Origin: an uncultured Clostridia bacterium
GTDB lineage: Bacteria; Bacillota; Clostridia; Christensenellales; CAG-138
Assembly: GCA_947168565.1 (NCBI GenBank)
Contig: CAMVMM010000001.1
Location: 78,717-142,716, forward strand
Direction of reading: 5' to 3'
DNA length: 64,000 bases
The stretch's first letter is position 1, and every line of letters starts with the position of its first letter. Of this stretch, positions 18,628 to 28,828 are shown in pieces. Under the pieces are notes generated by a model. It had not been told where the DNA came from. It did not search any database and was given only the letters and a program-made list of their open reading frames with translations. A program made the position numbers and the translations under genes.

Positions 18628-19242
18628 TCAATAATGCGGTATATCCGTTTCAAGCTGTGAATAATCCGGCGTGGCTCCCGGCTCAATCTCCGGATCCTTT
18701 TGAAGCACGGAGATCATGCTGATATACCAGCGGCCGTCTATCTTCTCAAGCCTTATCTCCATTCTGGAATCCTCCCATTGGGGAACGGGATCCTTGTTGC
18801 TGTCGTTATATGGGGTGGCCTGAATATTCAAAACCTGCTCCAAAACGCGGATCGAGGCGTCCTTCGACCATGGAGCAACGCTCATCTTTTCAATGGTGAG
18901 GCGGTAGTCGTAGGAATCCACGCGGAAGGCATCGTATTTGCCGCTGTCCACGATCTCATCGCGGCTCAGCCATTCCTTGATGAAATATTCCTGAAGATCG
19001 GACGAGGGCGTGTTGCCCATAACGCAGTCCGCCCGCTTCTCCATGCCTTCGGTAACGATGATATAGATATTGCTGACATTCATCATTTCCACAAGGGCAA
19101 AGAAGCAGAGCGCGCCCACAAGGGTTATCACGAGCATTATGCGAAGAACATACCAAAGCGAGCGCCTTGCAACGCCCAGCGCATTACGCTCCTCCGTTTC
19201 GGAAACGGGATTGCTGTTTGATTTAATATTAGCTTCGCTCAT
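18628..19242 (-). CDS. Hypothetical membrane-anchored protein
   Basis: 204 aa with one TM segment (VLRIMLVITLVGALCFFALV) and a soluble C-terminal domain. No family recognised. Confidence 0.5.
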   Translation of the reverse strand: MSEANIKSNSNPVSETEERNALGVARRSLWYVLRIMLVITLVGALCFFALVEMMNVSNIYIIVTEGMEKRADCVMGNTPSSDLQEYFIKEWLSRDEIVDSGKYDAFRVDSYDYRLTIEKMSVAPWSKDASIRVLEQVLNIQATPYNDSNKDPVPQWEDSRMEIRLEKIDGRWYISMISVLQKDPEIEPGATPDYSQLETDIPHY

Positions 19243-19319
19243 TAAGCATTACCTTTCAAATTGGGCGGTCGAGCCGCTTTAAAGTATAGTTTACCACAAA
19301 ACGTATCCTTCATCAAGTA

Positions 19320-21758
19320 TCAGTTTACCTTAAACAGCATCACGCCGTCCTGCGAGTAAACCTTTTGAAGGTTCGCCTCAAACCACGCGGTGTCGATTTT
19401 GTAATTCCCCCGCTCGTAGGACCCGATGAGAACGTAGTCTATATCGTATTGAGCGGCGTATTTTTTAAGGTTTGACGCGGGGTCGTAATACATCTGCGAT
19501 ATAAGCCTCTGCCGTGCGCCGTAGTCAACGCCGTGCCAATGCAGGAAGGTGCCGGAGCCGCAGAAAAGGTTTCTGCCGGTGAGCATGGCGATCGCGTTGT
19601 TGTGGTTGTTATGCGTAAGGAAGGTGGCATCGGCCTCGGTGTTTGCCTTTATCCAATCGGTGAGGCGCACAAGATTTGCCGCAACGACCTCGTATCCCGA
19701 TTCAACATATTCAACCTTCCGTTTGCCGTCCTTATCGGCAACTATATCCACGTGATCGCCGGAAACATACTCCCTTGCAAGGGTCATAACGCCGGAAAGC
19801 ATTATTGCAGCGAGTGCAAAGCCAAGCAGCAGATAGCGCGCGGCGGTTTTCTGCGCGTCCACGATCCTCCTGCCCGCTTGTGTGCGTTCATCCGGTTTAT
19901 ACGCTTTTTCCGCAAGCCTTGAGGCAAGCATTTCCGCCACTATGCCGCAGGTGAAGGCGAACCATATAAACAAAAGCTTATTGTTGTCGTATGGATTGGG
20001 CTGGAAAAGAAGGAGCTCGCAGATGCCCCATATCACGAGCGAGCCGGAATAAAAGCGCCTGTGCTCCTTTTTGAGCAGGATGAAGGCAGCGGGCATAAGG
20101 ATGAAGATAAGCCCCAGGTTTTTGATGTAGAACCAAAGCCAGGAATCGCTGTTGTTGTCCCAGTTGAATTTCCAGCGCAGGAAGGATTCGCTGTCCGCCG
20201 ACTGCTTGAAGGTGAAGCCAAAAAGCTGCGGAGCGGCGAGCGCCACCGCTATAACGCCGAAAAGAATGAAGCAAAGTATGTGCTTTCCGCCATTTTTCAC
20301 GGCCTGCTCATCGACAGGCGTTTTATCCGTGCGCTTCTGCGCAAGGGCGAGCATAAACGTGAGCGCGAGCGCGGCAAGGGGTGCCAAAACGCAGAGAACG
20401 GATTTATTCCTTGCGCCTATCGCACCAAGAATGCCGGAGGCAGCGGTGAGCGCGGCAAGCGCGGCGATAAGCTGCACCTGCTGCTTATCCTTAGCGGCTT
20501 TATACAATTCAGCCACGAGAAGCACAAGCGCAATAGCGGTGAGCGCGATGAATGCGATGAATGTGATCCTTGAAGCGACCCCGGCCGGATTCTCGGCAAG
20601 CTTCAGCATTCTGAACACGCCGAGAGCGAGCATCACAAGGTAAACGCCCATCAGCTTAATTGAAAGCTTAACGCCCGGGGTGGGTCTGCGCTCATAGAAG
20701 CGATCAAAGCAGGCGGTGATGAAAAGGTATACCGAGATAAGCCCGAGCGCCACAAAGGAATGGGTGTGCACAAGCGGCAATGCGCCGGCGAATATGCCAA
20801 GCGGTATAAAGAGCCTGTTTTCCTTTTCAACAGCGGCCCGATAAAGCATGGTCAGCGCGGGGAAAAGCAGCGCCCAGCCGAAAAGCGTTGCCCTTTGAGG
20901 CACAAGCATATCGGCGATGGTGTTTACCCATCTGAGGCCCTGCGCGGGCATATTGGTGGGCGTGAGGTAGAAGCCCTGCATCATTTCCCTGACTCTATCC
21001 ACTCCATCCGCTTCAAGCAGCAGCTTGTTGTTGAAAATGTACGCAAAGCCGAGGCCGCCGCCGATAAAGAACATATAGGTGGCGATCACGGACGTTTTGG
21101 TGCGCTTGAACCATGTGTCGAAAAGGCAGTAAACGCCGAGCGTGACCACAAGGCAGGCATAGAGCGCGGGAAGGAGCGCGGAGAGGCGCAGCGAAGCGCC
21201 GAGAGTGTAAAAGGTGGAGCTTACGCTGTCGCAAAGGAAGGGGTAGCCGAGCGGTGTGCCGGGCAGAAGCGAATACTCCGGCGGGAAGGTTTGTTGAACG
21301 CTGATGCTGGAGATAAAGCCCAGATGCATGCAAAGATCGCCGAAGGTGCATTGACCCACGTGCAGCGAGCCGTTTGACGCGGGGACGATGGTGTGATTGA
21401 GATGCAGTATGAAAAGGATAAGCGTGATAGGCGCCACGGTAAAAAGCATGGGTATGAGCTGCTTTTTATCGCTCTTTTTATATGAAAAGGGTGTATCGTT
21501 CTTTTTGCGCCTGTTATCTCGAATGAAGAAAAATACCGCGATGCCGATTGCCGAAGCGAGCGCAAGAAGCTGCGAAAGCAGCGTGAAGCCGAGGATGAAC
21601 GAAAACAGCGTTGGAAGCCAGATCAGCATCAAAAGACCCGCTGCAAGCCCGAAGGTGAGCCTCCGGATCGTGTCGTCCCTTGAAAAAACGGCTCTTGCAA
21701 CGATAACGCCGCTGCAGGCGAATAACAGCATATATAAAACAGAAACAATACCCATCAT
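19320..21758 (-). CDS. Large polytopic membrane protein with a C-terminal soluble domain (possibly a GT-C-type glycosyltransferase; unverified)
   Basis: 812 aa with more than 12 predicted hydrophobic helices. A short SRDD loop follows TM1. The ~150-aa C-terminal hydrophilic domain ends ...DIDYVLIGSYERGNYKIDTAWFEANL. Confidence 0.45.
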   Translation of the reverse strand: MMGIVSVLYMLLFACSGVIVARAVFSRDDTIRRLTFGLAAGLLMLIWLPTLFSFILGFTLLSQLLALASAIGIAVFFFIRDNRRKKNDTPFSYKKSDKKQLIPMLFTVAPITLILFILHLNHTIVPASNGSLHVGQCTFGDLCMHLGFISSISVQQTFPPEYSLLPGTPLGYPFLCDSVSSTFYTLGASLRLSALLPALYACLVVTLGVYCLFDTWFKRTKTSVIATYMFFIGGGLGFAYIFNNKLLLEADGVDRVREMMQGFYLTPTNMPAQGLRWVNTIADMLVPQRATLFGWALLFPALTMLYRAAVEKENRLFIPLGIFAGALPLVHTHSFVALGLISVYLFITACFDRFYERRPTPGVKLSIKLMGVYLVMLALGVFRMLKLAENPAGVASRITFIAFIALTAIALVLLVAELYKAAKDKQQVQLIAALAALTAASGILGAIGARNKSVLCVLAPLAALALTFMLALAQKRTDKTPVDEQAVKNGGKHILCFILFGVIAVALAAPQLFGFTFKQSADSESFLRWKFNWDNNSDSWLWFYIKNLGLIFILMPAAFILLKKEHRRFYSGSLVIWGICELLLFQPNPYDNNKLLFIWFAFTCGIVAEMLASRLAEKAYKPDERTQAGRRIVDAQKTAARYLLLGFALAAIMLSGVMTLAREYVSGDHVDIVADKDGKRKVEYVESGYEVVAANLVRLTDWIKANTEADATFLTHNNHNNAIAMLTGRNLFCGSGTFLHWHGVDYGARQRLISQMYYDPASNLKKYAAQYDIDYVLIGSYERGNYKIDTAWFEANLQKVYSQDGVMLFKVN

Positions 21759-21827
21759 AACGATCCTTTAACACGATTGTGTTTTCAAAAAACAAGCTTC
21801 AGGCAGCTTTGACTGAAAGACTGCGGC

Positions 21828-22397
21828 TTATTTGAAGGTCAAAAACCTGTCGAACGGATACGCGATAAAGCGCACCTCGCCAAGAATATCCGTCAGCTTA
21901 ACGCAAAGCTCCTTTATTATCTCCGCCGAAACCATCATGCGGTCATCGGGAAGCACGAACACGCAGCCGGTGGGAACTATGAATTCCTCACGAATGCCCT
22001 CGTACATTTCGTAAGTATACGCGGATTCATCGAGCAGCGCGCCGTCCACGTACACCCTGCCCTCCGCTATCGTGACTTTTTCGCCCGCGAAGGCGATCAC
22101 ACGCGCAAGCCTTCTGCCGCTCGCTTCGCCGCCGATGGTCAGGCTTTTAAGCACCACCACATCCCCGCGGTCGAAGCCGGAAATGTATTTTGAAAACCTG
22201 TCCGCAAACACAAGATCGCCGTCCTCAAAGCCTCCAACGCCGGTATCGGAAATGCTGAGCGGGCTGAAAACAACGAATAGGAGCGCAACGGCAAGGCTCA
22301 GGCTTATCACGATTATCGTGATCCAGTCGAGCAGCTTATAGCCGATATTTCTTTTTTGACCGCTTCTGGGTCGAACTGCGGATGCCTGAACACTCAT
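21828..22397 (-). CDS. Signal peptidase I (S26) homolog lacking the catalytic Ser/Lys dyad
   Basis: 189 aa that aligns with the upstream lepB. It has SDTGVGGF where lepB has GPSMQTTL, LARVIAFAGE where lepB has VKRIIALPGE, and PDDRMMVSAE where lepB has GDNRNYSHDSR. Its start overlaps the lepB stop (ATGA). Confidence 0.75.
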   Translation of the reverse strand: MSVQASAVRPRSGQKRNIGYKLLDWITIIVISLSLAVALLFVVFSPLSISDTGVGGFEDGDLVFADRFSKYISGFDRGDVVVLKSLTIGGEASGRRLARVIAFAGEKVTIAEGRVYVDGALLDESAYTYEMYEGIREEFIVPTGCVFVLPDDRMMVSAEIIKELCVKLTDILGEVRFIAYPFDRFLTFK

Positions 22398-23101
22398 TTG
22401 CTTACTTTCCTGATTTTATTCAGCGGCCAAATCACCGCTCTTACTCTGCCCAGCACCTTTTCGGCCGCAACCGCGCCAACGTCGTCCGCTCTGCTGTCGT
22501 GAGAATAATTCCTGTTGTCACCCATCACGAAATAATGACCCTGCGGCACGGTATAGCTGCCGTTCTCGCTGCCCACGGTTTGAATATGCAGGATTATCCT
22601 GCCGTACCAATCGCCCGCATAGGCGCTTTCATCGAGCCTTTCGCCGTTTATGTACACGTAGCCCTTATCGATGGAGATGGTTTCGCCCGGCAGCGCGATA
22701 ATGCGCTTCACAAAGCGCTCCGACCTGTTTGGATAATTCACTATCACCACGTCCCCGCGCTCGGGCTCATGCAGCCAATAGCTCACCTTTTCAACGAAAA
22801 CGCGCTCGCCGTCCATGAGGGTGGTCTGCATCGAGGGGCCGTCCACCATGGTGGGCTCGGCTATGAATTGGCGTATTGCGAAGGCCGCCACTATCACCAT
22901 GGCCAGCGTTATGAAGAATGAGAGGGTGAAGGTTTTATTCACCTCGGAATGCTTTTTGTGCAGCGCCTCGGAGGCTCTCATAAACGCGGCGTCCGTTTTG
23001 CGGTCTATCACCGATCTGCGCTTGCCAATGAAGGCGCCCCGGTTATCGTCGCGCTCCGCGGCGGCTGCCGCAAGCTCATTTGAAAATTCGTTGTTATTCA
23101 T
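22394..23101 (-). CDS. lepB: Signal peptidase I (canonical)
   Basis: 235 aa with a TM anchor, GPSMQTTL (Ser box), VKRIIALPGE (Lys box) and GDNRNYSHDSR. Confidence 0.9.
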   Translation of the reverse strand: MNNNEFSNELAAAAAERDDNRGAFIGKRRSVIDRKTDAAFMRASEALHKKHSEVNKTFTLSFFITLAMVIVAAFAIRQFIAEPTMVDGPSMQTTLMDGERVFVEKVSYWLHEPERGDVVIVNYPNRSERFVKRIIALPGETISIDKGYVYINGERLDESAYAGDWYGRIILHIQTVGSENGSYTVPQGHYFVMGDNRNYSHDSRADDVGAVAAEKVLGRVRAVIWPLNKIRKVSK

Positions 23102-23125
23102 ATTTCACCAATAAGAGTTATAGTT

Positions 23126-23392
23126 TCAGGAGGGCGAACCGTTATGGTTTTCTTCGTCGCTCTCCCCCGCCTTCGGGCTCTCCTCGATCGACGCTGCCGC
23201 GCCATTTGCGCTGAAGGTCACTTTCTTCGCGGCGCGCATAAAAACGAGGCGGTCAAGCATCACGCTTCGCCCGCAGCTCAGGCATTTTATGCGAATATCG
23301 GCGCCGTTGCGGGTTATCTCCCACTCGCTTCCGCCGCAAGCATGCTTCTTGCGCATCAGCACGCGGTCGCCAATGCCGAAATCTGTGATCAT
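23126..23392 (-). CDS. DUF951-family small protein
   Basis: 88 aa. FGIGDRVLMRKKHACGGSEWEITRNGADIRIKCLSCGRSVML matches the remembered DUF951 pattern. Confidence 0.65.
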   Translation of the reverse strand: MITDFGIGDRVLMRKKHACGGSEWEITRNGADIRIKCLSCGRSVMLDRLVFMRAAKKVTFSANGAAASIEESPKAGESDEENHNGSPS

Positions 23393-23490
23393 GCTCCTCC
23401 AAAAGAACCAAGCGGTTCATACATTATAACACATCAAAAGCATAATTGGAATACCGCCGGATAATTCGGCAGCCTGATGGTGCAGGCAGA

Positions 23491-23518
23491 AAAACCGGCA
23501 AGCCCGCAATCCGGGCTT
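23491..23518 (-). terminator. Hairpin downstream of recN
   Basis: AAGCCCG (23500-23506) pairs with CGGGCTT (23512-23518). On the minus strand a TTTTT run follows after a 5-nt gap. Confidence 0.4.
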
Positions 23519-23529
23519 TTGGGGAACAA

Positions 23530-25245
23530 TTATTCTGCTCCCTGCTTGAATTTTTCCGCCTCCGCAAGCATTTCGGCGGCATAGCTCAGCGCCGATTCAC
23601 GCGAGGCGCCCGCGCCCATGATCCTGGCAAGCTCCGCGCGGCGCTCCTGAGCATTGAGCGAGCGCACGGCGGTGCGGGTGGAATTATCCAGCGTATGCTT
23701 TTCCACAAGCAGATGCATATCCGCAAACGCCGCTATCTGCGGCAGGTGGGTAACGGAAAGCACCTGCTTGCGCTTTGACACAAGGCTGAGCCTTTCGCCC
23801 ACGCGCACGGCGGTGATGCCGCTTATGCCCGTGTCCACCTCGTCGAAAATCAGGGTAAGAGTGCCGTCGATCCCGGCGCACACGGTTTTGATGGCAAGCA
23901 TGATTCGTGAAAGCTCGCCGCCGGAGGCAACCTTTGAAAGCGGCTTGAGCGGCTCGCCCGCGTTTGCGGAAAGCAGAAACTCCACCGTGTCACAGCCGCT
24001 TTGATGCAGCGCGGAGGGATCGGTGGCAATTGAAATATCGAATACCGCCTTCTCCATGCCGAGCACGTGCAGCTCGCGGTTCACGCCCTCCTTCAGCTTT
24101 TCGGCGGCCAGCTTCCTGAGCGCCGTCAGCCTTTCCGCCTGCTCGCAGTAAGCCTTTTTTAGGCTGTCGCGCTCGGCGGCAAGCTTGGCGCGGAGCGCAT
24201 CCGCTCCGGTAAGCTCCTGAAGCTCCGAAAGGGCGCTTTCCTTGAACGCAATAACCGCCTCCACGCTGCCTCCGTATTTGCGCTTGAGCAGGTTCAACAG
24301 ATCCAGCCTGTTTTCAAGCTCATTCAGCCTTTCTGGTGAAAACTCATACGAAAGCTGCATATCACGAAGCTGATACGCCGCGTCCTCCAGCTCGTAGAAC
24401 GTGCTTTCAAGGCGCTGATGCAGCTCTCCGTAAGCGGCGGAAAGCTCGGATATGGATGAAACGGCGGCAACTGCGGAGCGAAGGCTTGTTAGCGCTCCGC
24501 CCTCACCCGAAAGCAGCTCCGAGCTTTTGGCAAGGGAGGAATCAATGCGCTCCGCATTTGAAAGCAGGTTTAATTCCTCCTCTATTGCGCTCTCCTCGGC
24601 AGGCTTCGGGTCCGCCGCGTCTATTTCGGATATCTGATACTCAAGAATATCAATGCGCCTTTCGCGCTCCGCCTCGGACACGAAGCCCGCGTTCAGCCTG
24701 TTTTCAACGGCCCGCACGTCCGCATAAATGCGCCTGACCTTATCCGCAGCTTCCGAAAGCTCCGCACCGCCGAAGGCGTCCAGAATGCCAATGTGACGCT
24801 TTGGCTCAAGCAGCGATTGATGCTCGTGCTGGCCGTGAACGTCCACAAGCCTTGAGGTAACGGCCTTGAGGGTGTTTAGCGTAACTATTTCGCCGTTCAC
24901 GCGGCAGACGCTTTTGCCCGAAGCGGTGATCTCGCGCACGATTATAAGCTCTTCCCCAAGATCCTCTATGCCAAGCTGCTCAAGCTGCGAAAAAAGATCC
25001 GTTTCATCGTCCGAATCGCGCTTCAAGGCTGAAATATCGAAAAAAGCCTCGACCCTTGCCTTGCTTGCGCCGGTGGAGATAAGCTCCTTGCTGCCGCGCT
25101 CGCCCAGCACAAGGTTCACGCTGTCGATAATGATGGATTTGCCAGCGCCGGTTTCGCCCGTGAGCACGTTCAGCCCCGGGCTCAAATCCATATCCAGATG
25201 CTCGATAAGCGCAATATTATTTATGATAAGTCTTGAAAGCATCAC
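23530..25245 (-). CDS. recN: DNA repair protein RecN
   Basis: 571 aa with Walker A GETGAGKS, a long coiled-coil middle, an SGGE signature and a C-terminal FDEVD. Confidence 0.95.
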   Translation of the reverse strand: MMLSRLIINNIALIEHLDMDLSPGLNVLTGETGAGKSIIIDSVNLVLGERGSKELISTGASKARVEAFFDISALKRDSDDETDLFSQLEQLGIEDLGEELIIVREITASGKSVCRVNGEIVTLNTLKAVTSRLVDVHGQHEHQSLLEPKRHIGILDAFGGAELSEAADKVRRIYADVRAVENRLNAGFVSEAERERRIDILEYQISEIDAADPKPAEESAIEEELNLLSNAERIDSSLAKSSELLSGEGGALTSLRSAVAAVSSISELSAAYGELHQRLESTFYELEDAAYQLRDMQLSYEFSPERLNELENRLDLLNLLKRKYGGSVEAVIAFKESALSELQELTGADALRAKLAAERDSLKKAYCEQAERLTALRKLAAEKLKEGVNRELHVLGMEKAVFDISIATDPSALHQSGCDTVEFLLSANAGEPLKPLSKVASGGELSRIMLAIKTVCAGIDGTLTLIFDEVDTGISGITAVRVGERLSLVSKRKQVLSVTHLPQIAAFADMHLLVEKHTLDNSTRTAVRSLNAQERRAELARIMGAGASRESALSYAAEMLAEAEKFKQGAE

Positions 25246-25258
25246 TATCCTCCGATGG

Positions 25259-26074
25259 TCATGCGAGCTTTTCCCGTATCAATTTGAAAATATTTCTTTC
25301 GCCGATCCGCACGAAGCCGATGCTGTGCTCGCTTTTTGAAACGTTCAGCACGGAGCCCTCGCCAAGCTGAATGAGCTGTGCGCCGTCCGAATGAAGCACG
25401 CACTCGCTGTGCGTGAGCACGGTTATTTTTGAGTCAAACGAAGCCACGGTCGGGCGCACGGTCAGCGAATGCGGGCATATAGGGGTAACAATGATAACGT
25501 CCAGCCCGGGCGCAACTATCGGGCCGCCCGCCGAGATGGAATAGCCCGTTGAGCCCGTGGCGGAGGAAACGATAACGCCGTCCGCATGCACCATGCCCAT
25601 GCTGCAGCCATCGATCAAAACCTCCACATGGGCAACGGATGAAAAGCCCTTTTTGGCGATCATAAAATCATTCAGGCACACGAAGCCGCCGTCGTTTTCC
25701 ACCTCCGCTTTAAGCATTGATGCGCGCTCGATGCGGTATTCGCCCGCAAGGAATTTTGAAAACGCCCGCTCAAAGCCGTCGATATCCGTTTCGCTGAAAA
25801 AGCCGATCTTGCCGTAGTTTATGCCGAGGATCGGCACAAGCTCATCGGTTTTGCTGCTTACGGCATGGGTCACCGCGCGAAGCACCGTGCCGTCCCCCCC
25901 GATAACCACGGCGAGGTCGGGCGGGAATTTTGCGGAATGCGAAAACAGCTCCTCCGGCTGATCGAACACGCGCGGCTCGCAGTCGAACGAGCGAATTACT
26001 GAGCAGGCACGATCAAGCACCGAGCTTGAACCGTGCTTTGTGCTGTTTGCAATCAGATAAACGCTTTTATTCAT
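25259..26074 (-). CDS. nadK: NAD kinase
   Basis: GGDGT motif (VIGGDGTVL). Start set at the ATG at 26074 ([11 protein letters not shown]), preceded by GGAGGAACC. The longer ORF in the track overlaps tlyA. Confidence 0.88.
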   Translation of the reverse strand: MNKSVYLIANSTKHGSSSVLDRACSVIRSFDCEPRVFDQPEELFSHSAKFPPDLAVVIGGDGTVLRAVTHAVSSKTDELVPILGINYGKIGFFSETDIDGFERAFSKFLAGEYRIERASMLKAEVENDGGFVCLNDFMIAKKGFSSVAHVEVLIDGCSMGMVHADGVIVSSATGSTGYSISAGGPIVAPGLDVIIVTPICPHSLTVRPTVASFDSKITVLTHSECVLHSDGAQLIQLGEGSVLNVSKSEHSIGFVRIGERNIFKLIREKLA

Positions 26075-26106
26075 GGTTCCTCCGTTTTTAAGAGGCATTT
26101 TGTTTG

Positions 26107-26952
26107 TTAAGTACGCAGTTCCGCATGAGCGGCCGAAACCACGGACTCGCACAGCGCGGCGAGCTGCTCCACGGTCGAAACTGCGCTCAAAGCGGCGCCG
26201 TCCCCGCTCCGCGCATCGGCAGAGGGCTTTTTGAGATACAGCAAAAACTCTATATTGCCCTTTGGCCCGGTGATGGGTGAAAAATCGATCTCAAGGATCT
26301 TAAAGCCGGTATCAAGGGCAAAGGCGGCCGCCTCCGAAAGCACCTGAAGATGTATGCGCTCATCGCGCACGACGCCGTTTTTGCCTATTTTATCCCTGCC
26401 CGCCTCAAACTGCGGCTTCACAAGCACCACGGCCTCGCCTCCGATCTCAAGCACGTCATGAATTCTTGGAAGAATCAGCCTAATGGAGATGAACGAAACG
26501 TCGCACGAGGCAAATGCGGGCGTTTCATCAAACCACGACGGCTCCATCAGCCTTGCGTTGCGGCGCTCCATGCACACCACGCGTTCATCGTTTCTCAGCT
26601 TCCAATCGAGCTGGCCGTAGCCAACGTCCACCGCGTAAACCTTTCTTGCGCCGTGCGAAAGCATACAGTCGGTAAAGCCGCCGGTGGATGCGCCAACGTC
26701 CACGCAAACGCGGCCGGCAAGGTCGATTTTATATTTGGCAGCGGCCTTTTCAAGCTTGAGCCCGCCGCGGCTGACGAAGGGGATCGGATCCTCCTTGAGC
26801 GAGAGCACCTGATCGTCCCTTACAGGGTCGCTTGCCTTCATAACGCGCACGCCGTCCACCAGCACAACGCCCTCCATAATAAGCGCCTTTGCGCGCTCCC
26901 GGCTCTTGGCAAGCCCCAGCTCCACCAGCCTGTTGTCGGCTCTTTCAGTCAA
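26107..26952 (-). CDS. tlyA: TlyA-family rRNA 2'-O-methyltransferase
   Basis: 281 aa with an S4-like N-terminus ([22 protein letters not shown]) and the SAM motif [12 protein letters not shown]. Follows dxs as in Bacillus and Clostridium. Confidence 0.88.
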   Translation of the reverse strand: MTERADNRLVELGLAKSRERAKALIMEGVVLVDGVRVMKASDPVRDDQVLSLKEDPIPFVSRGGLKLEKAAAKYKIDLAGRVCVDVGASTGGFTDCMLSHGARKVYAVDVGYGQLDWKLRNDERVVCMERRNARLMEPSWFDETPAFASCDVSFISIRLILPRIHDVLEIGGEAVVLVKPQFEAGRDKIGKNGVVRDERIHLQVLSEAAAFALDTGFKILEIDFSPITGPKGNIEFLLYLKKPSADARSGDGAALSAVSTVEQLAALCESVVSAAHAELRT

Positions 26953-28822
26953 CTTGATGCCTCCGCTTGTTTATACATTCGATAATGGTTTCACGGATCT
27001 GCTCCGCAGTCAGCCCGCAGAGCTCGTCCTGCTGCTTCGGCGCTGCCGCGCATATCGGGCGGCTTGGCACGCCGAGCGTTTTTACGGTGATCCCGCCACT
27101 TTCACAGGCGAGCCGCGCAAGCTGCGCTCCAAAGCCCGTGTCCCTGCTGCCGTCCTCAAGAGTGATCACGGTATCCGCTCCCCGGAGCAGATCGAGCATT
27201 TTTTCAGTGATCGGGCAGATCAGCCTTGCGTTCACAAGCCCAACGTCCAGCCCCTCCGCCGCCTTCATCGCGTTTTCAAGCAGCCTGCCGGTTGCGGCGA
27301 CGGTTACAGGTCGAACCGGCCTGATTATTTCCCACTCCTCCATTGAAGCGCCGCCGGCTATCGGCCTTGAAGGCAGCAGCCCGCGCGAATAGCGAACGGC
27401 GCAGGGCTCGTTCAGGCTGAGGGCATGGGCAAGCATTTGCTCAAGCTCCTCCACGGATGACGGAGAAAACAGCTTGAAGCCGCCGGGAAGGGTGGAAAAA
27501 TAGGCGATATCGTAAACGCCCTGATGCGTTTCGCCGTCCGCCCCCACAAGTCCGGCGCGATCAACGCCGAAAACCACGGGCAGCCCCTGCAGGCACACAT
27601 CGTGCAGAAGCTGATCGTATCCGCGCTGCAGGAATGTTGAATAAACGGCGAAAACGGGCTTCATGCCTGCCATCGCCATGCCCGCAGCCATCGTTACAGC
27701 GTGCTGCTCGGCGATGCCGACGTCGAAAAACCTGCTTGGGAACCTTTTGGCAAAGCCCGTCAGCCCGGTGCCGGAGGGCATAGCGGCGGTGATAGCGGCG
27801 ATCCGCTCATCCTTTTCCGCAAGGCGGCAGAGCGCCTCGGCAAAGACCTTTGAATTGCTGCCCGAAGAAGCGCTTTCGCCCGTTTCCTCGTTGAAGGCGC
27901 CTATGCCGTGAAAGCGCTCGGGATCGCGCTCAGCCGGCGCGTAGCCCTTGCCCTTTTCCGTAAGCACGTGGATGAGCAGGGGCTTGTCGGTAAGATTATC
28001 CTTTGCGTGCTGAAGGATCGAGCAAAGCAGGCGAATATCATGCCCGTCGAAGGGTCCGATATAGGTAAAGCCCAGCTCCTCAAACAGCACGTTTGGAAGT
28101 ATGAAATATTTTATTCTGTTTTTTAAGCGCTCCACCGCGTTGCTAAGGCCCTTTCCGACCTTCGGCACCTTTTTCAGATTGCCGGAGACCCTGCGCTTGA
28201 AGCGCTTGTAGCCGCGGCTTGTCCGCAGTCCCGAAAGATGCTTGCTCAGGCCGCCGACGTTTCCCGAAATGCTCATTCGGTTATCGTTTAAAATCACTAT
28301 GAGCGGAAGCTCGGCCTGCCCCGCGTCATCTATTGCCTCATACGCAAGCCCGCCTGTCATCGCGCCGTCGCCGATAACGGCGACCACGCGGCTTTTTTTA
28401 TCGCCGCGAAGCCTCAAGCCGCGCAGAATGCCGAGCCCTGCGGAGATAGCGGTGCTGGAATGGCCCACGTTGAAGGCGTCGTATTCGCTTTCGTTCGTTT
28501 TGGGAAAGCCGGAGATGCCGTCCTTGGTGCGCAGCGTTTCAAACTCGCGCGCGCGGCCGGTGAGCAGCTTATGCGGGTAGCACTGATGACCCACGTCCAG
28601 CACAAGCCTGTCCGACTTAAAATCGAAGCAGCGATGCAGAGCGATTGTCAGCTCCACTATGCCGAGGTTCGAGGCGAGATGCCCGCCGTTTCTTGAAACG
28701 GTGGAAACCATGAAGCGGCGCATCTCTTCAGCAAGAGCGCCGAGCTCGTTCATATCAAGCTTTTTAAGATCGGCCGGAGATTCTATCCGTTTTAACAGAT
28801 CAAGATCATCGTAGCGCGTCAT
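26945..28822 (-). CDS. dxs: 1-deoxy-D-xylulose-5-phosphate synthase
   Basis: 625 aa with GHSSTAISAGLG and the TPP motif IGDGAMTGGLAYEA. Confidence 0.95.
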   Translation of the reverse strand: MTRYDDLDLLKRIESPADLKKLDMNELGALAEEMRRFMVSTVSRNGGHLASNLGIVELTIALHRCFDFKSDRLVLDVGHQCYPHKLLTGRAREFETLRTKDGISGFPKTNESEYDAFNVGHSSTAISAGLGILRGLRLRGDKKSRVVAVIGDGAMTGGLAYEAIDDAGQAELPLIVILNDNRMSISGNVGGLSKHLSGLRTSRGYKRFKRRVSGNLKKVPKVGKGLSNAVERLKNRIKYFILPNVLFEELGFTYIGPFDGHDIRLLCSILQHAKDNLTDKPLLIHVLTEKGKGYAPAERDPERFHGIGAFNEETGESASSGSNSKVFAEALCRLAEKDERIAAITAAMPSGTGLTGFAKRFPSRFFDVGIAEQHAVTMAAGMAMAGMKPVFAVYSTFLQRGYDQLLHDVCLQGLPVVFGVDRAGLVGADGETHQGVYDIAYFSTLPGGFKLFSPSSVEELEQMLAHALSLNEPCAVRYSRGLLPSRPIAGGASMEEWEIIRPVRPVTVAATGRLLENAMKAAEGLDVGLVNARLICPITEKMLDLLRGADTVITLEDGSRDTGFGAQLARLACESGGITVKTLGVPSRPICAAAPKQQDELCGLTAEQIRETIIECINKRRHQVD

Positions 28823-28828
28823 AATAAA

